Positions 20,120 to 29,954 of a DNA stretch of 57,248 nucleotides are shown piece by piece. The stretch is taken from the IMG/VR virus record IMGVR_UViG_3300007276_000057, positions 1-57,248 of that record, one strand, 5' to 3'. The notes under the pieces were generated by a model, which was not told the origin of the DNA, did no database searches, and saw only the letters and a program-made list of their open reading frames with translations. The stretch is from a virus. Its lineage: Duplodnaviria; Caudoviricetes. Within the stretch, counting starts at the first letter, position 1, and each line of letters opens with the position of its first letter. The translations under genes and the position numbers were made by a program.

Positions 20120-21061
20120 ATGATTAATATAATTTTAATGGCGGCATGTTCAACAGAGGTTGGGCTGCTTGGGTACACGGACAAAAAACAAGATACCTCC
20201 ACAGCGGTGGTAACTGATACAACAGAAGAAGTCGAGCCGAGTTTAGAGCCTTCTTTAGAGCCGTCTAGCCCAAGTACTGAGCCATCCACCGAGCCAGCAT
20301 CAGAACCTGACTCCACACCAGCGATAGAAGGCACTGGTGGCTATGTTAATTATTATCTCCGTCAATTAGGGTGTCCAGCTTGTTTTGGCGAGTCGCAAGA
20401 GCTTCTTGTAGAGTTTACAACTAAATTCCACGAACCGACTTCCGATACCCATACAAGTTGGATACCCCCCGTTGGGTCCTGCACCAATCAGTTATTAATA
20501 ACTGTACCTTCAACAAACCCGATTGATGTTGGTCCACAATTATCTGTAGTTGGTCCTCTTCATTCCTTTATAGCAAACCAAGTCGCCCCCGGAGAACACT
20601 ATGCCTATCTTTATGAAACACAATACGATAGAAATGCTATCCATGATGTGTCACTTGGGAACTATACCGAGTCCTTTTCCTTCACCTCAATCGAGGGATT
20701 TGATTTTATCGAGCCCTATACTATGTTTTATGTGGATCCATCATATGCTTATGCAGCACCAATTCTAAAGAGCGGTATGACTTTTACTTGGGCTCCTTAT
20801 GGTTCAAGCGGAGTGTTTATGGTTACACTAGCAATTTATAACCAACAAGGGACACAATTGTTGGGCTATGCTGCTTGTGTCGGTCCCGACCAAGGGTTCT
20901 TAACTTTCCCTGGATCTTATCTCGTACAATATCCATCATATAGTTTGGTAGCCATTCACTTGGCGAGACATAAGGTAGATATGATTCCTTACTATCCCTT
21001 AGAATCTTACATTGAGACACATATGGAATGGGAAGTCATAGGTACAGGTTATTTACAATAA
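20120..21061 (+). CDS. Lipoprotein with EPS-repeat linker
   Basis: MINIILMAAC lipobox; EPSLEPSLEPSSPSTEPSTEPASEP. Confidence 0.7.
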   Translation: MINIILMAACSTEVGLLGYTDKKQDTSTAVVTDTTEEVEPSLEPSLEPSSPSTEPSTEPASEPDSTPAIEGTGGYVNYYLRQLGCPACFGESQELLVEFTTKFHEPTSDTHTSWIPPVGSCTNQLLITVPSTNPIDVGPQLSVVGPLHSFIANQVAPGEHYAYLYETQYDRNAIHDVSLGNYTESFSFTSIEGFDFIEPYTMFYVDPSYAYAAPILKSGMTFTWAPYGSSGVFMVTLAIYNQQGTQLLGYAACVGPDQGFLTFPGSYLVQYPSYSLVAIHLARHKVDMIPYYPLESYIETHMEWEVIGTGYLQ

Positions 21062-21074
21062 ATTTATTTTTTAC

Positions 21075-21102
21075 TTGACAACTTAATAATGTATGTTATT
21101 AT
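21075..21102 (+). promoter_or_regulatory. sigma70-type promoter
   Basis: TTGACA-16-TATTAT. Confidence 0.65.
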
Positions 21103-21137
21103 ATGAAGGCACAATAAAGTGCTAACGTGGAGTTAAA

Positions 21138-21365
21138 ATGGAAAATAGAAAAGAATGGCTTATTAAAGGCACAAAAGAGTTTATTTTAATGATGGTATTT
21201 TTTACCACCATTGTAGTAGTTCTGGGTGTGTCCTCTTATTCAGCCACTTTAGTTGGGCTTCACCCAACAATTGGTTTGTTAGTCATTATGATACTGGGGC
21301 TATATGGAATGTCCCTACAGAATGCTTATACTGAAGAGCAAGTAAAAAGAAAACAATCCGAATGA
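21138..21365 (+). CDS. Two-TM membrane protein
   Basis: Two hydrophobic segments, GGAG RBS. Confidence 0.65.
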   Translation: MENRKEWLIKGTKEFILMMVFFTTIVVVLGVSSYSATLVGLHPTIGLLVIMILGLYGMSLQNAYTEEQVKRKQSE

Positions 21366-21370
21366 ACCCC

Positions 21371-21391
21371 AGCCCCGAAAGGGGCTTTTTT
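21371..21391 (+). terminator. Rho-independent terminator
   Basis: AGCCCC-GAAA-GGGGCT plus T run. Confidence 0.9.
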
Positions 21392-21414
21392 CTTATCTCA
21401 ATTCTATTTATAGC

Positions 21415-21741
21415 ATGGAAATTACAACCGAAGACATTATCAATATAATCGAAGAAGAGATCACCGCTGTTCTTGATGAGAAGAAGAAAGCCAAGACAGA
21501 CTATTCTAAAGAAAAAGAATCAGGATTGCATGGCTGGTTTTCCCGACAAGGCGGCAAAGGAAAATCAAAGGGCTGGGTTGATTGTAATACCTGCCGCAAA
21601 GACAAGAAGACAGGCAGAAAAAAATGTAAGTCCTGTGGTCGCAAAGATGGCGAGAAGAGATCAAAGTATCCTTCATGTCGCCCAACTCCCGCTTCATGCG
21701 GCACAAAAGGTAAAGGTAAAAAATGGGGCAAAAAGAAATGA
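21415..21741 (+). CDS. Basic Cys-rich phage protein with acidic leader
   Basis: Leader MEITTEDIINIIEEEITAVLDE; GWVDC..C, CGR..KYPSCRP. Confidence 0.7.
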   Translation: MEITTEDIINIIEEEITAVLDEKKKAKTDYSKEKESGLHGWFSRQGGKGKSKGWVDCNTCRKDKKTGRKKCKSCGRKDGEKRSKYPSCRPTPASCGTKGKGKKWGKKK

Positions 21742-22439
21742 AACTTACAACAGAAGAGATTAATAAAATTATAGAAGAAGAGATTACTTCTGTCTTATCA
21801 GAGGGAGATGATCGCTGTACACGAATAGCCAAGCGAAAGTATGATGTTTGGCCTTCTGCTTATGCTTCTGGTGCTGTTGTTAGATGTCGTAAAGGTAAAA
21901 TTTGGAAGGGAGTTAAAGAAGAAGATGCTCGTCCAGAAGTTGATGAGATGATCAACGAAGAGGATTTGACCGACGAGGAGAAAGCAGAACTTCGCAAGAT
22001 TTTAAAAGACGAAGGTGGTGCTGCTGGAATGAAGAATTTCAAAGACAAGATTGATAAACCAGAGAAAGATATTAAGAAAGCCGCTAAGGATGATCCGAAG
22101 ATCACCAAGCATCGTCATGGCGATTATATTCTAAAAGAAGAAGAACTTGAAGAAGCAGTCTATGCTGGTCGAACTGTTAAACTTAACAAACCAATGCGCG
22201 GAGATGTTAAGAAATTTAAAGTTTACGTTAACTCCGGTAAGAAAGACAAAGAAGGCAGAATTAAAGCAAAGAAAGTTAACTTCGGCCATGGTGGAACAAG
22301 TGCTAAAAAGAAAGGCGAGAAAACCATGAAGATCCGCAAGAGTAACCCAAAGGCTCGTAAGAACTTTAGAGCAAGGCACAATTGCGATAACCCCGGTCCA
22401 AAGACAAAAGCAAGATATTGGTCTTGCCGGAAGTGGTAA
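21738..22439 (+). CDS. Multi-module basic phage protein with acidic leader
   Basis: Leader MKLTTEEINKIIEEEITSVLSE; WPSAYASG module; KVNFG..FRARHNC..ARYWSC module. Confidence 0.75.
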   Translation: MKLTTEEINKIIEEEITSVLSEGDDRCTRIAKRKYDVWPSAYASGAVVRCRKGKIWKGVKEEDARPEVDEMINEEDLTDEEKAELRKILKDEGGAAGMKNFKDKIDKPEKDIKKAAKDDPKITKHRHGDYILKEEELEEAVYAGRTVKLNKPMRGDVKKFKVYVNSGKKDKEGRIKAKKVNFGHGGTSAKKKGEKTMKIRKSNPKARKNFRARHNCDNPGPKTKARYWSCRKW

Positions 22440-22440
22440 T

Positions 22441-22878
22441 ATGATAAGAATTAAAATAGTAAAAGCAATCAAAGACTTTATAAATTATGCTTGTCCAGCA
22501 GCGACACAGGATCTCAAACTAAATACGAAAAACAGAGATTCTGCTATCAAAGCTGAACACATTCAATATGGCCCACTAAATGTTGATGAGCCCGGTCCTT
22601 ATTGGAAAGACATAGCAGAGTATTGGAATACCACAGAGGAAGCAGCAAAGAAATCTAATTGCGGTAATTGTGTTGCTTTTGATATTTCTCCAAGAATGAA
22701 AGAATGTATGCCGGGCGAGACATCAGATAAAGATGGAGAGCTTGGTTATTGCTGGATGCATCACTTTAAATGTCATAGTGCTCGCTCATGTCGCACTTGG
22801 GCAAAAGGTGGACCAATCAAAGACGATAAGATATCAAACGATTGGCAAGAAAGGTCCGGTGTTAAAGAAGGTATATGA
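22441..22878 (+). CDS. Cys-rich (likely metal-binding) phage protein
   Basis: CGNC..GYC..FKC..RSCRTW. Confidence 0.7.
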   Translation: MIRIKIVKAIKDFINYACPAATQDLKLNTKNRDSAIKAEHIQYGPLNVDEPGPYWKDIAEYWNTTEEAAKKSNCGNCVAFDISPRMKECMPGETSDKDGELGYCWMHHFKCHSARSCRTWAKGGPIKDDKISNDWQERSGVKEGI

Positions 22879-22959
22879 CCTGATTTAGTTTAACCAGTTT
22901 GGTTATTTTATTTGACAAATATTGATATCGTGTTACCTTATAGAAGTATTGGAGGTAAC

Positions 22960-23130
22960 ATGAAAGAACCAAAGATTGGGGCACTTGTCCAAGACGTTCG
23001 TAATGGTATTTTCTTCACTATTGCGAAGATCAATAAAAAAAAGAAAACACTTGATCTCCACTCAAAGTGGATAGATATGGTTGTTACTCGCGATGAAATC
23101 AAATTTAATGATGGTATTTGGAAACTATAG
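22960..23130 (+). CDS. Small KOW/SH3-like protein
   Basis: GGAGG RBS, PKIGALV; the TTG at 22912 is the -35 box of its promoter. Confidence 0.6.
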   Translation: MKEPKIGALVQDVRNGIFFTIAKINKKKKTLDLHSKWIDMVVTRDEIKFNDGIWKL

Positions 23131-23181
23131 CTTGACAACCGCTATCATTATGTTATCTTATAGAAAGCAACGGAGGCTGTT

Positions 23182-24114
23182 ATGACTACTAATTTGGGCT
23201 ATGCATGTATCAACGAAACACTAAAGAAGCAAAAGATCTCTTGCAATCGCGGTATGATCAAACGGACCTTCCAAGCTAAGGGTATCGCTTATGCTAGCGA
23301 ACTTGCTTTGGCTAATGTTACCGATCTCAAGAAGATTATCGAGTGGAACAATGCCAACGGTATTTCTGTCTATCGCATGACTTCTTGCTTGTTCCCTTGG
23401 TTCTCTGACTATGATATCTTTGATATGCCTGATATTGATGCTATTGTAGATGTTATGTCTGAAGCTGGTAAGATCGCCATGGATGCCGGTCAGCGGTTGT
23501 CCTTCCACCCCGGTCCCTTCAATTGTCTTGGATCACACAACGAGAAGGTTGTTCTCAAGACGATAGCAGAGCTTGATGCGCATGCTGCTCAAATGGATCT
23601 CATGGGTCTACCAGTATCACCACAAGCCAAGATTAATATTCATATCGGCGGTGCTTATGGCGAACACGACAAAGCTCTTGCTCGTTTCTGTGACAACTTC
23701 AAGCGACTCGCACCATCCACACAGGCTCGCCTGACTGTTGAGAACGACGACAGACAATCTATGTTTTCAACCAAGATGCTTTACGATGGAGTCAGCAAGC
23801 ACATCGGTATCCCTATTGTCTTTGATTCACATCACCATGATCTTGGCCCACAGGATCTTGACTATCATGATGCCTTTCATCTCGCCAGACAGACTTGGAT
23901 TGATCGCGGTATCAAACAACAATGTCACCACTCTAATTCACGCAAAGACTACGAAGATCCATCAGTCAAGGCCACGGCCCATTCAGACTGGTACTACACC
24001 CCCTTTGAAGCTTACGACAAAGATGTTGATGTCGTGCTTGAATGCAAGAAGAAAGAGTTGGCCCTCTTCAAGTACAGAGAAGATTTCCAAAAAAAACTCT
24101 TGACAGCAGCCTGA
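23182..24114 (+). CDS. uvsE: UV-damage endonuclease
   Basis: LGYACIN, RLSFHPG, INIHIGG, VENDD, FDSHHH, AHSD, LECKKKE; promoter TTGACA at 23132. Confidence 0.93.
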   Translation: MTTNLGYACINETLKKQKISCNRGMIKRTFQAKGIAYASELALANVTDLKKIIEWNNANGISVYRMTSCLFPWFSDYDIFDMPDIDAIVDVMSEAGKIAMDAGQRLSFHPGPFNCLGSHNEKVVLKTIAELDAHAAQMDLMGLPVSPQAKINIHIGGAYGEHDKALARFCDNFKRLAPSTQARLTVENDDRQSMFSTKMLYDGVSKHIGIPIVFDSHHHDLGPQDLDYHDAFHLARQTWIDRGIKQQCHHSNSRKDYEDPSVKATAHSDWYYTPFEAYDKDVDVVLECKKKELALFKYREDFQKKLLTAA

Positions 24115-24149
24115 TATTATGATACATTAATAACATTCATGGAGGGTAT

Positions 24150-27100
24150 ATGAATGATATAAAGTTTGTTGGATTGCATGCACATTCTGGTGTCGGTTCC
24201 CCATTTGATGGGTTCGGTAAGCCAAGTGAGCATATGGATTTTTGTTATGAGAATGGAGGCACCGCGATAGCACTAACTGATCATGGAAACATGAATGGTA
24301 TGGCGGGACAAGTTCTACATGCAAAGAAAATGATTAAACAAGGTAAAGACTTCAAGCCAATTTATGGTGTTGAGGCTTACTTTATCCCCGATGTTGCCGA
24401 ATGGAGAGAAATTTATGAACAACACAAAGCAGACAAAAAGAAAGCGAGACAACTCGATGACGGCCAATCAGGCACTACGATTGAAAACGAAGGCGAGACT
24501 AAATCTGGTGGTGGTAGCAACATCAATCGCACTCGCCACCTTGTTCTTTTAGCGATGAATCAGACCGGCTTAAATAATATATTTAAGTTGATCTCGGAGA
24601 GTTATACCGGTGAGTATTTCTACCGCAAACCTCGCATAGATTATAGCCTTTTAAAGAAGCATAACGAGGGTATAATTGCCCTTTCGGCTTGTCTAGGTGG
24701 TGTATATGCGGGTTGCTTTTGGACCAAGCGAGAAGAGGGAAGAGAGGCGATTCTGGAGTGTATGCGGGAAGTTACACAAGAAATGGTCTCTATCTTTGGT
24801 GACCGCTGGTATGGCGAGATCCAATGGAACAACATACCAGAACAACACGAACTAAACCAGTATGTTATCGAGGTCTGTAAGGAGTTTGATGTTAAGGTTG
24901 TTTCTACTGTTGATTCTCATTATCCCAATCCCGATGCTTGGCGAGACAGAGAGTTATATAAACGACTTGGTTGGCTTGGTAAAGGTAAGCCCGAATGGTT
25001 GGAAATGACTCTCCCCACATCAGCCGAAGAGATTGGCTATGAACTTTATCCAAAGAACGGAGACCAAGTATGGAATTCATACAAAGAGTATTCTAAATTA
25101 AATAAAGTTACATACGATGACGAATTTGTTATGGGAACTCTTGAGGAGACACACGACATAGCATTCAATCGTATTGAGAAGTTTTATCCTGACGATACTG
25201 TTCGCTTGCCTGACTTTGTTGTTCCCGCTGGATACACAGAGGACGAATACCTAAAGCGACTTACTTTTAAGGGACTATCCGATGCTCCCAACAAAGTTCA
25301 TAAAGATCAGCGATATGTTACTCGCTTGGAACACGAATTAAAGGTTATCGCAGATCGCGGTTTCTCAAAATACTTCTTAACTATGAAAGCAATTACGGAT
25401 AAAACAAATGAAATACAACTTTCTGGACCTGGTAGAGGAAGTGCTGCTGGTTCTCTTGTTGCATATTGTCTTGGTATCACTCAGGTTGACCCTATTCATT
25501 ATGGATTGTTATTCTCTCGTTTCCTCAGATCAGACGCGGAAGACTATCCTGATATTGATTACGACGTGTCTAATCCTATGGCTCTGAAAGAATCTCTTAT
25601 TGAAGAGTGGGGAGACAATGTTGTTGTTCCGATATCCAATTGGAATACATTACAACTTCGCTCTTTGATCAAAGACATATCAAAGTTCTATGATATTCCT
25701 TTCGCAGAGTCAAACCTTGTAACAAGTAAAATGTTATTTGAAGCAACTCCAATTGCAAAGAAAGCCCACGGAATCAAAGCCGGTGTTTATACTCCAACCT
25801 TTGAGGAGGTTATGGAGTACTCTGACACACTGCGAAACTTCCTGAAGAAGTATCCCGATGTTAAGACTCATGTTGAGGCTCTACATGGTGAATACCGCAG
25901 TTGTTCCCGTCATGCTGGTGGTGTTGTAATTGGAGAGGACTTAAACAAACACATGCCTTTAATTGCTTCCAAAGGAGTCAGACAGACTCCATGGTCTGAA
26001 GGGCAGAATGTTAGGCAACTTGAGCCTATGGGTTTCATTAAGTTTGATATCCTTGGTTTGTCTACTCTCCGAATGATTGAAGACTGTATCACAAAGATAC
26101 TACAGCGACACCATGGTGTTGAGAATCCATCATTTGATCAAGTTAAGGAGTTCTATGACCAGAAGTTACACCCAAGTGTTCTTGACTTGGACGACCAAGC
26201 AGTCTATAAGAATATCTTTCACAAAGGTCGTTGGGTTGGTATCTTTCAATTCACAGAGCAGGGAGCCCAGAGGTTCGCACTACAAGCCCAACCTCGCTCA
26301 ATCATTGACCTCTCAGCCATTACTTCAATCTATCGCCCCGGTCCTTTGTCGGCTGGTGTTGATAAGGATTATGTTGAAGCCAAGGAAGCACCGAACAGTG
26401 TTAGGTATCTAAACGAAGTAGTAAAAGAAGTCACCAAGGAAACACATGGCTTCTTAATCTTTCAAGAACAAATTGCCCTATTGGCTCACAAACTCGGCAA
26501 GAACCTAACCTTGGACGAAGGAAACCTTTTGAGGAAAGTACTTACCAAGAAAGGAACGGGCAAAGGTCATGAGGTCAAAGAGAAGATCAAAGAAAAATTC
26601 ATTGAAGGGTGCAGAGAAAAGGGAATCATTGACCACGATTCTTATGGACTTTGGCGAACTTTTGAGTACTTTAGTGGATATGGTTTCAATAAGTCTCATG
26701 CTGTGTCTTATAGTCTTATCTCTTATCAGTGTGCTTGGCTTAGTTATTATTATGCTACCGAGTGGATGGCTGCCTTTTTAGATAAAGAACCAGAGACAAG
26801 AAAAGAAAAAGCAATTAATCTTGCTAAACAGCATGGTTATAAAATTCGTCCTTTGGATATAAACACTTCAGAAATGACTTGGAAGATTATTGATGACGAA
26901 ACACTGGTCGCCCCTTTAACAACAATCAAAGGACTTGGCGAGAAAGCCATAGATCAGATACTTGCTAATCGCCCATTCAACGCAATTGAGGAGCTATTGT
27001 TCAATGATAATATCGTATACAGCAAACTTAACAAAAAGGCTTTGGATGTTCTGTGCCGAGGTGGCGCATTGGACAACCTTATTGATGATCGTTTTACCGG

Positions 27101-27575
27101 CTCCAAACATTTTTGGTATGCGACATGTGTTGATCGCCCCAGAACCAGAAAGAATCTCAGCAACCATATAGAGAAGTATAGAAGCGAAGGTAGTTTCTCT
27201 GAAGAAGAGCAGATTGAATTTATTGCTGACTTAACCGGTATATTTCCGATGTCCAAGGTCGTCAATGATGCGGTTCAATCACGATTGGACGAACTATATG
27301 TTCCACCTATATCTGAGTATGATTCTGATCTAATGGTTTGCTGGTGTGTTCCGAGAACAATAACAGTCAAGAAGAGTAAAAATAATAGAACTTATTATGT
27401 TATAGAGGTTGTTGATACGAACTCTGTTGTTACTAGAATTCGCTGTTGGAGTGTAAACCCAGCCAAGGACAAGATACACTTGAATCGTCCTTATATGATT
27501 AAGCCTCGATACGATGATAACTGGGGATTCAGCACCTATGGGCGAGTAAATAATTCTTGGATGTTATTGGACTAA
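24150..27575 (+). CDS. dnaE: DNA polymerase III alpha subunit
   Basis: PHP domain (HAHS, TDHG), GRGSAAGS, PDIDYD, HAGG, KFDILGL, YGFNKSH; promoter TTGACA at 24100. Confidence 0.96.
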   Translation: MNDIKFVGLHAHSGVGSPFDGFGKPSEHMDFCYENGGTAIALTDHGNMNGMAGQVLHAKKMIKQGKDFKPIYGVEAYFIPDVAEWREIYEQHKADKKKARQLDDGQSGTTIENEGETKSGGGSNINRTRHLVLLAMNQTGLNNIFKLISESYTGEYFYRKPRIDYSLLKKHNEGIIALSACLGGVYAGCFWTKREEGREAILECMREVTQEMVSIFGDRWYGEIQWNNIPEQHELNQYVIEVCKEFDVKVVSTVDSHYPNPDAWRDRELYKRLGWLGKGKPEWLEMTLPTSAEEIGYELYPKNGDQVWNSYKEYSKLNKVTYDDEFVMGTLEETHDIAFNRIEKFYPDDTVRLPDFVVPAGYTEDEYLKRLTFKGLSDAPNKVHKDQRYVTRLEHELKVIADRGFSKYFLTMKAITDKTNEIQLSGPGRGSAAGSLVAYCLGITQVDPIHYGLLFSRFLRSDAEDYPDIDYDVSNPMALKESLIEEWGDNVVVPISNWNTLQLRSLIKDISKFYDIPFAESNLVTSKMLFEATPIAKKAHGIKAGVYTPTFEEVMEYSDTLRNFLKKYPDVKTHVEALHGEYRSCSRHAGGVVIGEDLNKHMPLIASKGVRQTPWSEGQNVRQLEPMGFIKFDILGLSTLRMIEDCITKILQRHHGVENPSFDQVKEFYDQKLHPSVLDLDDQAVYKNIFHKGRWVGIFQFTEQGAQRFALQAQPRSIIDLSAITSIYRPGPLSAGVDKDYVEAKEAPNSVRYLNEVVKEVTKETHGFLIFQEQIALLAHKLGKNLTLDEGNLLRKVLTKKGTGKGHEVKEKIKEKFIEGCREKGIIDHDSYGLWRTFEYFSGYGFNKSHAVSYSLISYQCAWLSYYYATEWMAAFLDKEPETRKEKAINLAKQHGYKIRPLDINTSEMTWKIIDDETLVAPLTTIKGLGEKAIDQILANRPFNAIEELLFNDNIVYSKLNKKALDVLCRGGALDNLIDDRFTGSKHFWYATCVDRPRTRKNLSNHIEKYRSEGSFSEEEQIEFIADLTGIFPMSKVVNDAVQSRLDELYVPPISEYDSDLMVCWCVPRTITVKKSKNNRTYYVIEVVDTNSVVTRIRCWSVNPAKDKIHLNRPYMIKPRYDDNWGFSTYGRVNNSWMLLD

Positions 27576-27580
27576 AGTCC

Positions 27581-27609
27581 TTGACAACTTTAGTTTTATG
27601 TGTTATAAT
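27581..27609 (+). promoter_or_regulatory. sigma70-type promoter
   Basis: TTGACA-17-TATAAT. Confidence 0.8.
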
Positions 27610-27677
27610 ATAAATGCGTTGAAAGAAATAGATTATACATTTTAATTGGCGCGTCATTTATACAATAGGAGAAAAAA

Positions 27678-28889
27678 ATGGCTATTAATTTAAAAAACTA
27701 CACACTTAGGCAAGCAAATATTACTATCTTTAACAAATGCAAATCCCTTCCTTCTCTTCAGAGAAGAGCCGCGTTCGGTCGTTTGGATAAGGTAAAATTT
27801 ATTCGATCTCTAATTGAGAAGAACGTTAGAACTGCGATCGTTGTCGCAGATGTGCAAAAGTGTCTTGAACACGCAAGATCTCTTGAGAACCCATGTCAAA
27901 ACTCAATAGAAGTTTTTGAAAGGCTCTTGGGCGAAAACAAGCTCTACTTATCTGTAGACGGCCAGAACCGTACACTCTCTCTAGAAGAGTTTTATACAAA
28001 CACTTGGGGAGTCTGGAAAGCGACCTACAACCCCGGTGCTGGTGGCGAGAAGGTTAAGATAGAAACCGAGACTGTTTACAGTCAATTGCCGACTGATGTG
28101 AAGGCATACCTTGATCATAGCAATTGTGTATCAATCGACATTATTGAGGACCAAACTATAGACCAAATACACAATACCTATTTGGCTTTGAACTCTGGTG
28201 TTGAGCACAATTTGATGGAGAGGATTAATGCATCTACGATGCAAGCATCTCAGGTCGTTAGAGACTTGTCCTCTAAGGGCAAAAATATGTGGCCAGCAGT
28301 ATCTAAATTACAATACCGTAGGATGGAAGACATAAAATATGTCGCTCAAGCCATCTTGATGTGTATTGGCGATAATGTTGGCTCAAACGATGCAAAACCT
28401 ACTCAAATTGTGACTTTGTACGAACAAAGTGGCCAACCAATTGATGAGGGAACAATCAAGCTGATGGGGGATATCTTTTATGATATGAACCTCGGTATAG
28501 GTTCTAATTATACTGTTGGAAAGGTTAAAATGAGTCTTGCACAGTGGTGGGGTATTTTTATGTCTATGCACCACATCTACACTCAGAAACAACCCATTTG
28601 GGTTGATCGCTCTAAGTTTGTTGATGAAATAAAGCGCATTGTCACTCAAGAGGTGGATGCAGCCCAGGCTAAAAGAGGTAGGGATATCACTGCGTATCAC
28701 AAGAACCCTACGCTGGTTAAACCATCCAAGTCCCAGTATTTTGACGGATGGATTAGTGCTTTTCACTTGGGCCCCAATCGCCAAAAGGCATATGATAAGC
28801 TCAAAGAGCACGTCGATGATATTCTGAACAATAGACCAGACATTGTATTTTTTAGGTCTGAAGAACAGGATATAGAAGACGCCGCTTAG
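27678..28889 (+). CDS. DUF262/ParB-like (GmrSD N-terminal-like) protein
   Basis: LQRRAAF, SVDGQNRT (DGQxR), LALNSG. Confidence 0.55.
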   Translation: MAINLKNYTLRQANITIFNKCKSLPSLQRRAAFGRLDKVKFIRSLIEKNVRTAIVVADVQKCLEHARSLENPCQNSIEVFERLLGENKLYLSVDGQNRTLSLEEFYTNTWGVWKATYNPGAGGEKVKIETETVYSQLPTDVKAYLDHSNCVSIDIIEDQTIDQIHNTYLALNSGVEHNLMERINASTMQASQVVRDLSSKGKNMWPAVSKLQYRRMEDIKYVAQAILMCIGDNVGSNDAKPTQIVTLYEQSGQPIDEGTIKLMGDIFYDMNLGIGSNYTVGKVKMSLAQWWGIFMSMHHIYTQKQPIWVDRSKFVDEIKRIVTQEVDAAQAKRGRDITAYHKNPTLVKPSKSQYFDGWISAFHLGPNRQKAYDKLKEHVDDILNNRPDIVFFRSEEQDIEDAA

Positions 28890-28907
28890 ACAGTGTTTTT
28901 GAATTAC

Positions 28908-28933
28908 ACCCCCCGTTTATTCGGGGGTTTTTT
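28908..28933 (+). terminator. Rho-independent terminator
   Basis: ACCCCCG/CGGGGGT stem plus T run, followed by TTGACA at 28935. Confidence 0.8.
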
Positions 28934-28982
28934 CTTGACATTCATGTAAAAGCGTGATATAAAACATATACTGGAGGGTAAT

Positions 28983-29954
28983 ATGAATACTATTAAATGT
29001 GGTGACTCAAGAGAGTTGCTTAAGACTGTTGCTGATGAATCTGTTCAAAGTATCTACTTTGATCCACCATTCAATTCAAAGAGAAATTACTATCTAACAC
29101 CGGACAACAAGCTTGGCTTTAAAGATAAGTTTGATTCTGATGATGATTACATTTCTTTGATTGAACCAATGTTAATTGAAATGAAAAGAGCCTTGAAAAA
29201 AGATGGCTCTCTGTTCTTTCATATCTCAGCCGACCAGATGTTTATTCCACATCTTCTTTGCAATAAGCATTTCAAAAAGGTTCAGCCAATTTTTTGGAAG
29301 AGATCAAGATCAAAGAACAATGTCAAATCAAAGCTTGGTGCTTGTACGGATGTTATATTCTGGTGCTCCAAGGTTGCGAAGCCAAAGTTTAATATGGTCT
29401 ACCAACCACTCGATGAATACTATTCTGAGAACTCATATAAAAATAAAGATGAACGCGGCTTTTATGCTCTTGGGCATATTGTATATACGAAGACGCAGAG
29501 AACTAAGAAACCAGAAAGGCTATATTCTATAGAACATAATGGCGTCACCTATGCTCCTGAGAATGGGTGGAGAATGTCGGAAGAAGATTTGAGAGGAATG
29601 ATTGCTGATAATAGAATACACTTTCCACAGAAAGCTAGTGCTAATCCCTATAAGAAGATATACAAGCACGAATCTCTCGGCAAGCCCAGCACCGATGTTT
29701 GGGATGATATTCATTCCATTGCTATGGGCTCAGAGGCGCGTGTATATCCAACACAAAAGCCTTTGGCGTTGCTCGATAGAATTATCAAGATGTCTTCTGA
29801 TGAGGGAGATATTGTTCTTGACCCTGTTGCTGGCTCCGGTACAACTGGCGTTGCAGCAAAAAAATTAAAAAGATCCTTTATTTTATTTGACATGAACCCA
29901 GAAGCGGTTATATTATGTAAGGAAAGAACACAGGAGGTTTCCAATGGCTTTTAA
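28983..29954 (+). CDS. Beta-class N6A/N4C DNA methyltransferase
   Basis: DPPF, then YPTQKP and LDPVAGSGTT. Confidence 0.92.
   Translation: MNTIKCGDSRELLKTVADESVQSIYFDPPFNSKRNYYLTPDNKLGFKDKFDSDDDYISLIEPMLIEMKRALKKDGSLFFHISADQMFIPHLLCNKHFKKVQPIFWKRSRSKNNVKSKLGACTDVIFWCSKVAKPKFNMVYQPLDEYYSENSYKNKDERGFYALGHIVYTKTQRTKKPERLYSIEHNGVTYAPENGWRMSEEDLRGMIADNRIHFPQKASANPYKKIYKHESLGKPSTDVWDDIHSIAMGSEARVYPTQKPLALLDRIIKMSSDEGDIVLDPVAGSGTTGVAAKKLKRSFILFDMNPEAVILCKERTQEVSNGF

Noticed and set aside
22912-22959. TTG start of ORF 22912..23130 (similarly 55309 and 51046)
   Set aside because: These extensions lie in promoter DNA; RBS-supported ATGs are at 22960, 55351 and 51067
8439-27575. Inteins or introns in nrdJ or dnaE
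   Set aside because: Lengths are normal with contiguous motifs; no intein C...HN or LAGLIDADG blocks seen
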